From Octopus vulgaris (taxonomy: Eukaryota), in assembly GCA_951406725.2 (NCBI GenBank), contig OX597836.1:25606001-25670000 (forward strand): a DNA stretch of 64,000 nt. The letters are read 5' to 3'. The notes below the pieces were generated by a model. It worked only from the letters and a program-made list of their open reading frames with translations, had not been told where the DNA came from and made no database searches. Positions within the stretch are counted from its first letter, which is position 1; the number at the start of each line of letters is the position of its first letter. Positions 1-13,940 of this stretch are shown in pieces. A program made the translations under genes and the position numbers.

Positions 1-20
1 TGGTGGTGTCGATGGTGGTA

Positions 21-220
21 GTGTTGGGTTGTAGTATAGATCATAGTATTAGTGGTGGTGTTGGGTTGTAGTATAGGTCATAGTATTAGTAGTAGTGTTG
101 GGTTGTAGTATAGGTTATAGTATTAATGGTAGTGATATGTTGTAGTATAAGTCATAGCATTAATGGTGGTGCTGGGTTGTAGTATAGGTCATAGTATTAG
201 TGGTGGTGTTGGGTTGTGAC
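21..220. repeat. 37-bp minisatellite, about 5.4 copies
   Basis: Unit gtgttgggttgtagtataggtcatagtattagtggtg starts at 21, 58, 95, 132, 169 and 206. Confidence 0.9.
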
Positions 221-318
221 TCTGGTAACAGTGATTCTGGATAATTAAGTTTGTTGTTGTTATCGCCATTGCTAATGTCTGCTATATCTCTTGCTACTGC
301 TGCTGCTATTTCTATTAA

Positions 319-351
<33 letters not shown>

Positions 352-975
352 CGTCGTCGCCACCGTCAGTCCTATCCGTTCCCGCCTCGCCCCTCCCTCC
401 CTAATCATATATTCAACTTCACAGTCAAAGCTAATATTTCGTGCTGAAATGAAGTTAATTAGCAAACATAGAAATAAATTACTGTACAGGCCGAAGGTGG
501 TGGTGGTGGTGGTGGTGGTGGTGGAGCTGGCGGCGGCGGTGGTGGAGCTGGACTGACGGTGGCGCAACTGGTGCTCGGATTAGTAGTGGTGATGGTGATG
601 GTGGTGGTGGTGGGGGCGGTGCTGGAAATGGTAGACGAAGTGATGGTATTTGTTGTAGTGGCAACAGCCGTGGTAGAAGCGTTGTTGTTGTCGTTGTGGT
701 AGTGGTGCAGGAGTGGTGGCTAGTTTAGGATTGTGGTGTAGAGAGCACCGGTATTTGTAGTAGCAATAGTAGTAGTATTGGTGGTGGTGGTGGTAGCGCA
801 TTATGATTACGACGGTGATGATTTTGTTGTTGCTCTGAATAATAATGATTATGGAGGTGGTGGTGGTGGTGGTGGTGGTGCGGTGGGGGTAATGACGACG
901 ACGACGACGATGATGATCTTACGATGGTGACGGCGGTGATGGTGGCGGTGGAGATGGTGATGGTGATGATGGTGG

Positions 976-1021
<46 letters not shown>

Positions 1022-1159
1022 AACGACAACGATGATGACAAGCCATGTCAAAAATCAAAGCCCATGTGATCAAACAGCACTCGACGGCAGACAGTGTGTT
1101 AAAAACGTCACCGGAACGTGATATATTCTATCAATACATATATATGTAACAATAGCCAT

Positions 1160-1296
<137 letters not shown>

Positions 1297-1300
1297 ATAT

Positions 1301-1500
1301 AGGGAGAATACACACACACACAAAAAAAAAAAAAAAGACGGAGACAGTTGGTGTTGACAACAAGCAGACGTGTTAGTTTAACGCTCGGGAAGTGTAAAAG
1401 TCTTTAACGTTTCGAGCTTACGCTCTTCCACAGAAAGGAACTCAGAAAAAAACAAGGAAAGAAAATAAAGAATGTGTAGTGGCTAGCGATCTATCATGGC
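1301..1500 (-). mobile_element. Dispersed ~200-bp repeat family carrying a hammerhead-like motif (other copies ~11285-11470 and ~13735-13870)
   Basis: All three loci share variants of ...tagtttaacgctcgggaagtg...ctttaacgtttcgagcctacgctcttccacagaaaggaac, and each copy abuts a TA-rich microsatellite. Confidence 0.75.
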
Positions 1501-1502
1501 GA

Positions 1503-1556
<54 letters not shown>

Positions 1557-2439
1557 TACACACATGTGAGTGAGAACACTTTGAGATATTTTTGGTATCT
1601 AACATATGTCAGATACTGCGAGCGCTGCTTCTGATTGGTCAATCCATGGTGATGACCTGAGGTCACGGTGATGGCACTACTTTTGTCATTCATAAGTTAC
1701 AACTAAACGTGAAGAATTTAGTTATTAGGTTAATAAAATATGGTCGTTTATTCGTGTGTAATAAATAAAATACCAAACTCATTCCCTATGGATACCGTAT
1801 TTATTACAACACGTGGCTTGTAAACGTATCTAACTCGCTTTCGCTCGTTAGATGTAATAAATACGGTATCCATAGGGAACTCGTTTGGTATTCTCTCTCT
1901 CTCTATATATATATAGCCCATGGCTATTGTTACTGTGTTGACACCAGTTAACAGCCCTCACTTACAATACGGCATTTAAAACCCAGGAAGTCGTTACCTG
2001 CTCACTAGATATATTAGTCAAATATGCTTCAAATTGCAGAGCAGCCGAAATGAAGTACCTTCTGGAAGTACTTTTAGTGATGCTGTCCGTATCTGGTGGT
2101 AATAATTCAAAGAGTCTTTCTCGATTTCGCTTATGAACATTTATAGACGAGATCGAACTCAGAAACACGAGGGAAGTAGTCCAGATATTACAACAGCCGG
2201 AATAACATCGTCCACCATGTTGCCCGGTTGTTTACGTAAACACAGATCTCTCACAGTCCTCTTAACACGCAAGACTGGTGGCCTTAATCTGCTGCAATGA
2301 GTGACTACATCAGACATTTCTTACTCGCTCGCTCAGTCGATAAGAAGATAAGAATAAAGTTAGGATTTATGAGAATCTTCAAGCTCACACTGCTTGTCTG
2401 TCTGTCTGTTTATCTCGCTGCTTCACTGTAACGTAATGT

Positions 2440-2837
2440 TGGTTTTAAATTTTGCCACAAGGGCGGCAATTACGGGGGAAGGAATAAATCGATTACAAAG
2501 ACCCCCAGTACGCAACTAGTACCTAATTCATAGATCCCCGAAAGGGATGAAAGGTAAAGTCGACCTCGGCAGAATTTGAACTCAGAGCGTAAAGACGGGC
2601 GAAATAATTATTTCTTTACTACCCACAAGGGGCTAAACACAGAGGGAACAAACAAGGACAGACATAGGTATTAAGTCGATTACATCGACCCCAGTGCGTA
2701 ACTGGTACTTAATTTATCGACCCCGAAAGGATGAAAGGCAAAGTCAACCTCGGCGGAATTTGAACTCAGAATGTAACGGCAGACGAAATACGGCTACGCA
2801 TTTCGCCCGGCGTGCTAACGATTCTGCCAGCTCGCCG
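2440..2837 (-). mobile_element. tRNA-derived SINE family A, two joined copies
   Basis: Head ggcgagctggcagaatcgttagc (A box) and gagttcaaattcc (B box), followed by the conserved body gcctttcatcctttcggggtcgataaattaagtaccag. More than 15 copies occur in the window. Confidence 0.88.
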
Positions 2838-2874
2838 TATTTGACTGTGATGTTATATTGTTAGGTGAATATTG

Positions 2875-3830
2875 AGGCGCAGGGACGGCTGTGTGGTTAA
2901 GAAGTTTACTTTGCGACCACATGATTTCGGTTTCAGTCTCACTGTGCCGCACCTTGGGGAAAGTGTCTTTTACTATATAGCATAGAGTCGACCAATGCGT
3001 TGTGAGTTAATTTAGTAGACGGGAAACTGTGTTGAAGCCTGTCTTGGATAACATGCTAACACCTACAGTATGCAAGTTAGTACCCCCAGTTTTCTACAGC
3101 TACTGTAATTGTTGAGGATGTTAACAGATTGGCTGATAGTTTCTCTGGATTTGGTCAAATTGATGTAGACGACCCTGATGAGAATTCAATAAGATGCGAA
3201 AATCGATCAAGGTTGTTTATCAGTTTTCCTTTTAATCTACAGAGAATTAGGGAAATTAGCCCTGGATATATGTCTACTATATAGGTTAAACACATACACA
3301 CATATGTATGTATGTATGTATTATATATGTGTATGTATGTACGTATATATGTGAGTGTGTATACACACAAATATATATATATATATATAAAATATGTGTG
3401 TGTGTGTGTGTGTCTGTGTGTATGTATACACACAAATATATACACACACAAATATGAGAGTATACTGGCAATGATGTAGCAACATTTGAAATATTGTCCA
3501 GGTAAATCCAGCTGATGAAGACTAACCATATATTCGATGACAAACGTATTTGAAGAGTCCGAAACCTAGGTACTGGATTATTCCAGTCTTGGTTGTCCAT
3601 TCATATAATGTTCTTCCTGTGTTTGTGTTGGTTGCCTCCCCACCACTTGACAACCGGAAATGTTTTGTTTACACTCTTGTGACTTAGCTGTTTGGCAAAA
3701 GAAACCGATGGAATAAATTTCACATTTAAAAGTAATTACTGGGGACGGTTTGTTCGACTAAACAACTTCCGATGACTAAGGAAAAAAACCCCATAAAACT
3801 GCTGTCTGTGATGATCATGGCAAGTACGAT
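2875..3830 (+). mobile_element. SINE family B (CORE-like) split by an insertion; head 2875-3045, tail ~3620-3830
   Basis: Head ggcgcagggacggctgtgtggttaag...ccttgggg aagtgtctt and tail cttgacaaccgg...ggcaaaagaaaccgat match other family B copies. Confidence 0.65.
3505..3579 (+). ncRNA. Type I hammerhead ribozyme motif with enlarged loop 2
   Basis: Stem I aatccag/ctggatt (7 bp), core CUGAUGA, stem II A-GACU/AGUC-C with a 32-nt loop, GAAA, palindromic stem III ACCUAGGU; predicted cleavage after GUA at 3572. Confidence 0.82.
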
Positions 3831-3857
3831 TGCCCTGGAGCTGAATTAGCGTGGTGG

Positions 3858-3916
<59 letters not shown>

Positions 3917-4497
3917 GTCATGATGATGATAATGATGATGATGGTTAATGTGATAATTGTTATGATGGTTATAGTAATGATGATGGCGATGATAGCTAAG
4001 GGTAATAATGATTGTTAAGGGCGATGATGATCATTAAGGGCGATGGTGATTGTTAAGGGTGATGATGGGAAGGGTTAAAAGCGATGGTCATAGTTCAGGG
4101 CGCTGAAGTTTGATGATGATGGTTAAGAGTCATGATGATGGTTAAGAGTCATGATGATGGTGATGGTTAGTGAACGTGATGATTGATGTTGCCAAAAGGC
4201 ACATCGTTCTGTGTCTTCTGTGACGTGCACACGAAGACTCAATCGTTAATATTTGTGCAATAACAACAAGTATTATGGCAGAATCGGTGGAGCAACAGAC
4301 AAAATGCCTTTTGGTATTTATCTAAGACGTTTTCCGTTGAGATATAAACCAATAAGTTCAATAAACAAACATTTTACTAAGTTCATATTCTATATATATA
4401 TGTACACAATTCAAATTTTGCTTCCAGACTGCCTGGATCTGTTTTGCAAAAACACCTGTACTTACACACATACATGCTTACAGAGATACATACATAA

Positions 4498-4546
<49 letters not shown>

Positions 4547-4653
4547 AACACACACACTCACACACACACAGTTATGTGTCCATCGGTCTATATATAAATG
4601 TGTATGTATCTATGTATAGGCTATATTTTATATATGATAATATTTTATTCCAA

Positions 4654-4689
<36 letters not shown>

Positions 4690-4780
4690 TGTATGTATGT
4701 ATGTATGTATGTATGTATGTATGTATGTATGTATATATGATGTATGTGTGTGCATGCATGTTATACGTCATTTATATAAG

Positions 4781-4859
<79 letters not shown>

Positions 4860-5653
4860 CGCAAACACATCAACACATATGCAAACATGTATATCTGTTT
4901 ATACAAAAGAGATGCAAGAATACTTGTAGAGAAACTTATTTATTCAACAAGTATATTTATACACAAACACAGACACATGCACACAACATACACACTTTGT
5001 TCCTCGCACACACAAACACACACACACACACATTTATACATATATATATATATTTAACAAAGGATATATTCATCAGTAAAACATGCTTACAAACCTACTA
5101 ATATTAGTCTGTAGACAAGTAGACAAGTATATCTAAATACAAAATATACACAAAAGACCGTTTTTAGAGTCTGATAAGACCAATAGTCGATTCATAAGCA
5201 TCGACCATTCTTTTTTAAGGCACCCGAATAGATTGGGAATACATCCGTACACGAATTAGATCCGATATTTTCACATACATACATAAATGTATATATATAT
5301 AAGCATATATGTATATATGTACCTACAAATATGCATGAATAAAAGAAAAACAAATTAATATATTACCATATATATTGAAACCTCTGCTCGCTATTACACG
5401 AAGTTAAAAGATAAAAAAAAAAAACATATACAGTGCTTCCCCTAAATATAATTATATTAACAATAGATTCCTTTAGTCAAACAATTTTTTCAGTACATAT
5501 AGAGATATAAACATTTACATTCGCACATTATCCCAGATATTTAAACTCGCGCGAACACACACACACACACCCATCAATATCTATATCAATATATAGGCTC
5601 ACGTTTTCGCAGACAATAACACGCCATAGTTATACATCCGTATATATATATAT

Positions 5654-5703
<50 letters not shown>

Positions 5704-5725
5704 ATACATACATACATACATACAT

Positions 5726-5778
<53 letters not shown>

Positions 5779-5779
5779 A

Positions 5780-5822
<43 letters not shown>

Positions 5823-6049
5823 CATATATTTATCTTTACATATACAGGAATGTATCAATATAAATATACAATCACACACACACACCTCTCTATATAGACA
5901 TGTTTCATTATACATAGATATCCGTATATCTCTACCCATACCTCCATCTATAAAGCCATACGTCTCATCTAACTCTTCCATACACGGCTATGGATACATA
6001 TATATGCAAATACACGAAACTAATCTTATGCATAACCAAATACGGTCAT

Positions 6050-7760
6050 GTGTGAGAGAGACTTTGTTCTCATTTTTGATCCAATCAAAACAGCTATCCA
6101 TAAAAAAACAGAATATGCGCCATAGCAAATTGGTCGTGAGTTGCTGATACAGTTGCTATTGTGGTTCCTATGTTTGGTAAGAGTTCATGCTAAATAGTTT
6201 AAATTCCATTAAGAGTTCAAAAGTAAGTTGGAGACGATTGAATAACAACCAAAAATGATTGGATGCCACACTAGGTTATGTGACAATGCCTGTTGTGAAA
6301 TATATCACTGTGAATGCGAAGTGATATAAATTGAAAGGTTTTAGTTATGTATTTAGATAGAAATTGAATAAATTAAATACAAAATGAATCCTCTTTCTGC
6401 ATGTAATGTGTGGAGACTTTAGGCACAAGGCTCTTTAGAAGGAGATGAATGGTGCCTAACCGTCTGGGTACAAAGTTTGATGAAATTGTGAATATAGCAA
6501 GAAGTGATTATCTCAGAATTCCGGTCAAGTCGGGCATCCTTAGTAAAAACGATAAAGAACTCATTCACATGGCATCTTGCTCTGCCATGATGAGAATGTT
6601 CGCCCTTTGTTTCTATGTAGTACGACGGTTTTAAAGTTTCCATGTGTATTTAGATAGAGAAATGGCATGACTTGTTCCCTGGCTTTTGAAACGTATGCGT
6701 ACGTTAATGGAATCTTGAATTTATTTGCAGTCAGCCTGATATATGCTGTAATGGATATAGCTGGTTTTTCTGTACACGATATCCTTAGCTAGTTATATTA
6801 GATTAAGCTACATATTAAGCTTGATACAGTGTAGAAGAGAATTTAACAATATTTTATTTATGATTTTGTAATAATTGTGTTTAGGAGTAAGTATCTTTTC
6901 GGTATAAAAAATCATTTTGGTTATAAGAGCAGCAACTGCTAAATTACGGGGTGAATTATGCCAAAATAATCCATTTAGATCTGTTCCTGATGTTATTTAT
7001 TTTATTAGTGGTTTAAAATGGTATATTTACCGATAAAACTACTTCTACATGAAGTTGGCTGCATCACAATAAATTGAAAATTCTTCAAGGATATGTTCAT
7101 TAGCTGATAGCCTATAACGTACATTTCTATCTAGGGTTTAGTGGTAAGTCTAGAGTGATTTGACCTTCTGTATAAAAATCAGCGCCTCTTTGGGTTCTGG
7201 AAAAGGGTATCAGAGTCAATTAGTTACTTTGAAGGTAACATCTAAGAACTCAACTGTAGTTAGGTTGGTCTCTGAAGTTTAAATCATAAACACAGACTCA
7301 TTAGTATTATTACCAAGGTTGAAGCGCTTGCTCCCATACCTATTACAGAATTTCTCTTAGAAGAGATTGATCATTACTGTCTTCCTGGCTTCCAAAATTA
7401 TCTCTATTTCTGATTGGTCAATATTAGTAAAAACATTTAGCAAAATTCAGTCGACTTATCTACCAGTTGTACTGTTATTGAGACATAATAATTTTCGATA
7501 TCAAATTCCAAGAACCTAATGATCTGTTTATTTAAGTACTTTTTACAGTAAAAATGAGAGCCTGAGGATTTTGCCGTATTTATCATTGAGCTATCATTTA
7601 ATTTTATCAATATTACTGAGGATTTGCTTGCTAATATTGCCTGTATCAGATGGTAAAGTTGATTAACGTAATTGTTGGGCGATTCTGAAATCAGCCAAAT
7701 GCTCCAAACTAAATTACCATTTATTGCCTAAGTGGCACGCAAATATATTTCCAAGTATCT
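6050..7760 (-). pseudogene. Decayed Penelope-like retroelement (Naiad-type) reverse transcriptase region
   Basis: Ordered fragments on the minus strand across frameshifts: SDTGNISKQIL (~7620-7650), RFLEFDIENYYVSIT (~7470-7516), IDQSEIEIILEARK, IGMGAS, TVEFLDVTF (~7230-7258), PKHNYYKIINKNIVKFS (~6835-6890). The left boundary is approximate. Confidence 0.78.
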
Positions 7761-8292
7761 AAGTGCATTGCCAACGAGAGAGAGAGAGAGAGTGAAGTGG
7801 TAAATTGGTAAAGTTGGAAGAGCATTAAATAGAATGCTCTCTGGCATTGATTCTGAGTTCAACTCACACTAAATATCACTATTACTTCCAACCTTTCGGT
7901 GTCGATGAATAGAGTATCAAACTTTCGTGGGGGACTGGCAGTAAGGTATGGTCTCAACTACTTGGTCTGATTTTTTAAGGTTTTGATATATCCCTACTCA
8001 TCTTGTGAATCACTCTTTCATTCCATTTATAGATATTAGAACATTTCCAAATACAGTAAAAATGGATCACGATTCTTTCTCTTTGGCTGGTTTTCTTTCC
8101 CGTGATGTTTTTTCACTACTTCGTGTTGTTTTCTTAGAAAACAATCATCCCTCATACTTTGATTATAAATAGAATTAGATAGAATGAGATAATTAGTAAA
8201 CAAGCATTCTTACCTGTGAAGATGATGCGTTAATACATTAAAACATTGAAAGATTTGAGTTTCAATGTATTAACGCATCATCTCTCTCTCTC

Positions 8293-8330
<38 letters not shown>

Positions 8331-8513
8331 GTGAGAAAACAGTATGGACGGATTTTTGGTGTCCAATAATACCCTGTACACCTATTTGATTATGAAGATT
8401 TACAAACATACTTTGTCAGTGATACTCAATTTACCTACCATTATAAATAATACCAAATGTTCTTTCTCGGACCTTTCATAATGTGATACAAGTCTTTGGT
8501 GTAGCAATTGCAT

Positions 8514-8605
8514 GCGGCTGAAGAGGGCTTTAAACTATCTGTTATTTCGATTATACATTGATGTAAGAATAAGTTGTTTTATAAAGCTCGAAACATGTGT
8601 ACCGC
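8514..8605 (+). ncRNA. Type I hammerhead ribozyme motif with long stem II
   Basis: Stem I gcgg/ccgc, core CUGAAGA, 8-bp stem II GGGCUUUA/UAAAGCUC enclosing 49 nt, GAAAC-AUGU-GUA (ACAUGU palindrome); predicted cleavage after 8601. Confidence 0.8.
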
Positions 8606-8732
8606 GACATCCCTTGTGTTCTGTTTTTTATTTCATTTGATACATGTATCCTCTCACCTCTGCTACTAGCTGGCATATACAGGTGCTTTCACTTATCAAG
8701 TATTCACCCTGAATTTATTGTATGTATATATA

Positions 8733-8768
<36 letters not shown>

Positions 8769-8813
8769 TGTATGTATGTATGTATGTATGTATGTATGTA
8801 TGTATGTATTATG

Positions 8814-8847
<34 letters not shown>

Positions 8848-9026
8848 TATCCCTATGGGTATACATGTAGTATATATATGTATATATATAAGAATGTATG
8901 TATTTGTGTGTGAGTGAATACACAAATAAATGCAAATTAATGTAAATTGTGAAATGACACGCCTATTACGAAGTACTTCTCTTAATTAAGTAGTATACAT
9001 GTGCATACTCATGACTACACACACAC

Positions 9027-9092
<66 letters not shown>

Positions 9093-9916
9093 GTGTGTAC
9101 ATAAATGCGTATGCATATTATGATATATAAATACATAGACAATCATATCTACATATATATTCAATGTCTATGTCGTAATTTGTCAACGAGCATCTTTTTG
9201 CTTGAGGAATTTCTGTTTGCAATATTTTAATCAGAATATTCGAAGATTTCTATCTAAAATGGAATCTTAGTATCAACAAGAGTAAGGGGTAGGAATCGAC
9301 AGTACCAGATTCAGCTAACAGCAAGAGCAGTTGAGAGGGCGTATATTTGCGTTGCTAGGTTCACCTAAAAACAAATTATTGATTTTATTAGAGGAAGTGG
9401 TCACCCATTCCACTTCGTCACATAACTTACCGCTTCAAGCCAGTCATTTTCCAGAGTTAACCTTCGAAATATTTCAAATATATTGGTCGACATACTAATA
9501 TACTCTACATGTGTATGCTGGTGCATCCGTCTCTCATCTCCAGCCCTCTAAACCTGGATGTTCCGCTGAGTCGTGGCAGAGAAGGTCCAGAGGATTTTTT
9601 TATGTCTGCTCGCGATTATATAGGCACCTAAAACAACTAGTGAAAGCATTGTACATGCTACCAAGTCACGGGCGCTTGTGAGTGACCAGTTGTGGTGTGT
9701 GTGTGTGAGTGTGCGTTTGTGTTTGTGTGTGTGTGTGTGTGTATGCACATATGTTTAACTTAAGAAAAGATACAGCTACATTACGTTACAGATATTGGAA
9801 AAATAGCAAGGGCAGACAACGAAGATATTTACAATCATATAATTGACAAGACGTCACAAACAATGGGTACAGTTCAAGTCAAATCTTTCATCGAATAATA
9901 ATAATAATACTAATAC

Positions 9917-10010
<94 letters not shown>

Positions 10011-10760
10011 TGTTGTATAGTGAAACTGAACAACCCACCCGGTAAAATGTGGTAGTAACCACCCATTATAAATAGACCAGTAGCCGGCCGACAGGAGAAG
10101 GTCAGAAGGTCGAGAGTACGTGTAGACTGTGTTGATAGTCGTGTCTGAGATGGTAATTATACTGGGATACTGAGTGGACGTTATAACGATCCAACCTTTT
10201 GAGGATAATAACACTGTTACGACTGGGGGTAGTATAGTGCCAGATAGAATCATTCTGTCGACGACTTCGGAATATAACAATATCTGTCAGAGCGACAACC
10301 GTCGTCAAAAGACAGATACAACAGTGTCAAAAGACTGCTTTACAACAGTGGCGACGAGGATAAACAAAATGATTGTTTATCTGTTGAAAAAATTCATGAT
10401 TTTATTTGGCACCGAATATATATATAGAGAAATTTAATTTATGAGAGACACCCATAAGCGCTTTGTGCACTAGCGTAAACGGAGCAGTCAAACGAGGTCG
10501 ATGAACTAAATAAAAAAAAAGTCATGTGCAACATCGTGTGTGAATTACCAGGAATTTTGGAAGAAGTAAAAAGAAATGCGAGAAATGTCAAATTTATGAA
10601 TGAGACAAAAACAAAACTGTGGTCGACAAAAGGAAATAAAAATGGTCTGATGCAAAAAATCATCAAGATGTGAACGTGTATCCTATATGTGATGGTGTAC
10701 TAATGTACACTCAGAGGATGGTCATACCACAGACATTACAGAAGAGAATGCTAAAAGAGA
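10011..10760 (+). mobile_element. Gypsy-type LTR retrotransposon remnant: 337-bp LTR (10011-10347), PBS and decayed integrase fragment
   Basis: LTR termini TGTTGTA...TACAACA are inverted repeats and there is an internal TATAAATA. PBS-like TGGCGACGAGGA at 10349-10360. Downstream PGILEEVK and KCEKCQ (~10548-10591) resemble the integrase HHCC region. Confidence 0.75.
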
Positions 10761-12215
10761 ATGCTAGAAGAGAATGTCTGTGTCAGCCAGTCTGGCTGAC
10801 TGGCTGCCGATCTGTCTGTCTATCTATAACGCTGTAAATGTTTATATAATTAGATAGATATGTACACACACACATACATAATACGTACATACATACATAC
10901 ATACATACATACATACATACATACATACATACATACATACATACATAAATGCATACATGCATACATACATACATAAATGCATACATACATTCATACATAC
11001 ATACATACATACATACATACATACATTCATACATACATACATACATTCATACATACATACATAAATACATACATACATACATACATACATACATACATAC
11101 ATACATACATACATACATACATACATACATACATACATACATACATACATACATTCATAAATACATACATACATAAATGCATACATACAATCATACATAC
11201 ATACATAAATGCATACATACATACATACATACAGACATACATACATACATACATACATACATACATACATACATACATAGAGTTGAAATTTACAGAAAAA
11301 TAAAAGATGAAGATAGGTGTATGAATAACAAGCAGGTGTATTAGTTTGGAGCTCGGGAAAGTGAGGCAGTCTTTTACGTTTCGAGCCTACGCTCTTCAAT
11401 AGAAAGGAACACAATGAAATAAACAGAGAGAATAAAAAAACTTGTGGATTTAGCGGTCAAGCATGGCGACTGATTGGAAAAGAAGTTTAAAGAGGCTGAA
11501 AGAAGAAGGGGGGTTAATAAAGTATTGGTGATCCGAAAACGAAGGTCCGCGTGCGTGCGTGTATGTGAAAATGTATAAGTGTTTGTGTGCGTGTGTGGAT
11601 AGGGACTATGACTTTGATGTGTGTGCGTGTGTAAGTATGTGCGTCTGTAACGTGTGGCTGCTGATATAGTGCTGTGTGGTGAGAGTTTTATCTTGGCAAC
11701 CGAATAATTGTCACATATTACATTTACAGATAAATTCCTCTATTTACATAATATCGAGGTCTCTTTCTTTCTTTTGTTATCTTACCGTTTTCACTAATAT
11801 ATATATATATATATATATATATGTTTATATATACACACTCACACGCATATAAAAGCATTCATACACACACACATATCATATGTATGCATTTTTTTCTGTA
11901 TATGAATGTATGTTGTGAGTGCGATTGGCGAGTATGAGAGATGCTTCAAGGTGTAAATTAAAATTAAACAAGACAAGAATGTGTGAATAGACATATTAAA
12001 AGGCATCTGATTGATGGAACCACGTTTTATTGTTTGTAACACCGCCATCTATCGGCGAAAACAAATAGAAGAGAAGTTTAAACATTAATGATTTCACACA
12101 CGTTCCATTGACCCGACATTGAATAAAAGCAGACGATAAGAGGAAGAAGTATTCTTTCGGCAAACATTATTAAGGATAAAGAAGAAAATATTACACAAGA
12201 TTGATAGGAACTTAC

Positions 12216-12314
12216 TTTGGTTTGCACAGTGGTTCTTGCTCCTCCATTTACCAATGCTTTGAGCGATTCTAGCTGACCAAACCAGGCTGCGCAATGGACC
12301 GCGCCCATGCCATA
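12216..12314 (-). CDS. Next internal coding exon (99 bp, phase 0), one ankyrin repeat of the same ANKDD1A-like gene
   Basis: Pyrimidine tract + ttccag|TAT...AAA|gtaagt; translates to YGMGAVHCAAWFGQLESLKALVNGGARTTVQTK. It resembles the ANKDD1A repeat 'FGMNALLLSAWFGHL..L..LVNSGA' that directly follows the repeat matched by the 55466 exon. The two exons splice in frame. Confidence 0.92.
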
Positions 12315-12849
12315 CTGGAATTAGAAGAAAAGGAGAAAAAATGTAAACGTTTGTCAGATGTAGCTATTAAATGCCGCTTTCATATCACATTTCATACGAG
12401 TTTCTGTTACATATAAACAACAACAACAACAACAAAAAAAACAACAACAACAACGACGATGACGACGACGACGACAACGATAAATCGAATTTCTGTTACA
12501 TACAAATTAAATGGTATAAAAGCAGAAGACTTTAACATGTTAGAAATACTCGGTTAACCGTATCATGATTACAGTGAAGTTAATAATCAAGAACAAAGTC
12601 ACAGTAGAATTATTGAGAACTGCTGAAAGTGTTGTCGTTGTAAATATAACTGCATATATTGTATATACCGGGGTATTTAAAATGAATTTCTATTTCCATC
12701 TCTATTTTTGCATCGCCATTACAAAACCGCAGTCTTGTATTTTGAGTCAAACACGAATTACCGAGTCCGTTTTATTACACAGTTCTTCAATAAAATGCGT
12801 ATACCTATATATGTTATACACACATACATACATACACACACACACAAAC

Positions 12850-12900
<51 letters not shown>

Positions 12901-12902
12901 CA

Positions 12903-12938
<36 letters not shown>

Positions 12939-12965
12939 TATATAGATATATACATACACACATGC

Positions 12966-13048
<83 letters not shown>

Positions 13049-13567
13049 TATATATAGATATATACATACACACATGCATACATACATATATATATATATA
13101 TTATGATAGATAGATTGATAGATATATACATACACATGCATACATACATATATATATATATATAGACAGGTAGATAGACAGATGGATAGATGGATAGATA
13201 CATAGATATTTATATATATATAGCGAGATAGACACACACACACACACACACACACGCATAAAACCGCGAACATTAAGTAAATTTTTGCATAAACTGGCGT
13301 TGCAAGCTGAGTTGGTACAGAAACAATTGTAACGAATCATTAAAGATGTGTTAAAGTATTTCTTTGTCTTATTACTATTATAGTTTTTACTCTTCACCAC
13401 ACCTGCACAAACGGTTTAAACGGTTTTACCGTCATGAAACAAGAAATTTCTACACTTGAAGAATTTCGGTATTAGTCTGGAATTCGACAGTGTTGATAGC
13501 CCAGAACTCAGGTTGAGTGCTTCTCTGGAAATTCCCTACCTTTTGTATTCATATATATATATATATT

Positions 13568-13663
<96 letters not shown>

Positions 13664-13673
13664 CATGTGTGTG

Positions 13674-13723
<50 letters not shown>

Positions 13724-13898
13724 ATATATATATAGGGAGAATTCATAAAAATCAACAGTCGAAGACAGGTGTTGCAGATAACAAACACAAGTATTAGTTT
13801 AACGCTCGGGAAGTGAAAAAGTCTTTAATGTTTCGAGCCTACGCTCTTCCACAGAAAGGAACACGAATTCATTGGGTGATGAGAGGAGACATATATAT

Positions 13899-13940
<42 letters not shown>

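Noticed and set aside
21-220. 37-bp repeat (and the 184-bp array at 39808-40654) as a CRISPR array
   Set aside because: Units are contiguous with no unique spacers, there are no cas genes, and the context is eukaryotic.
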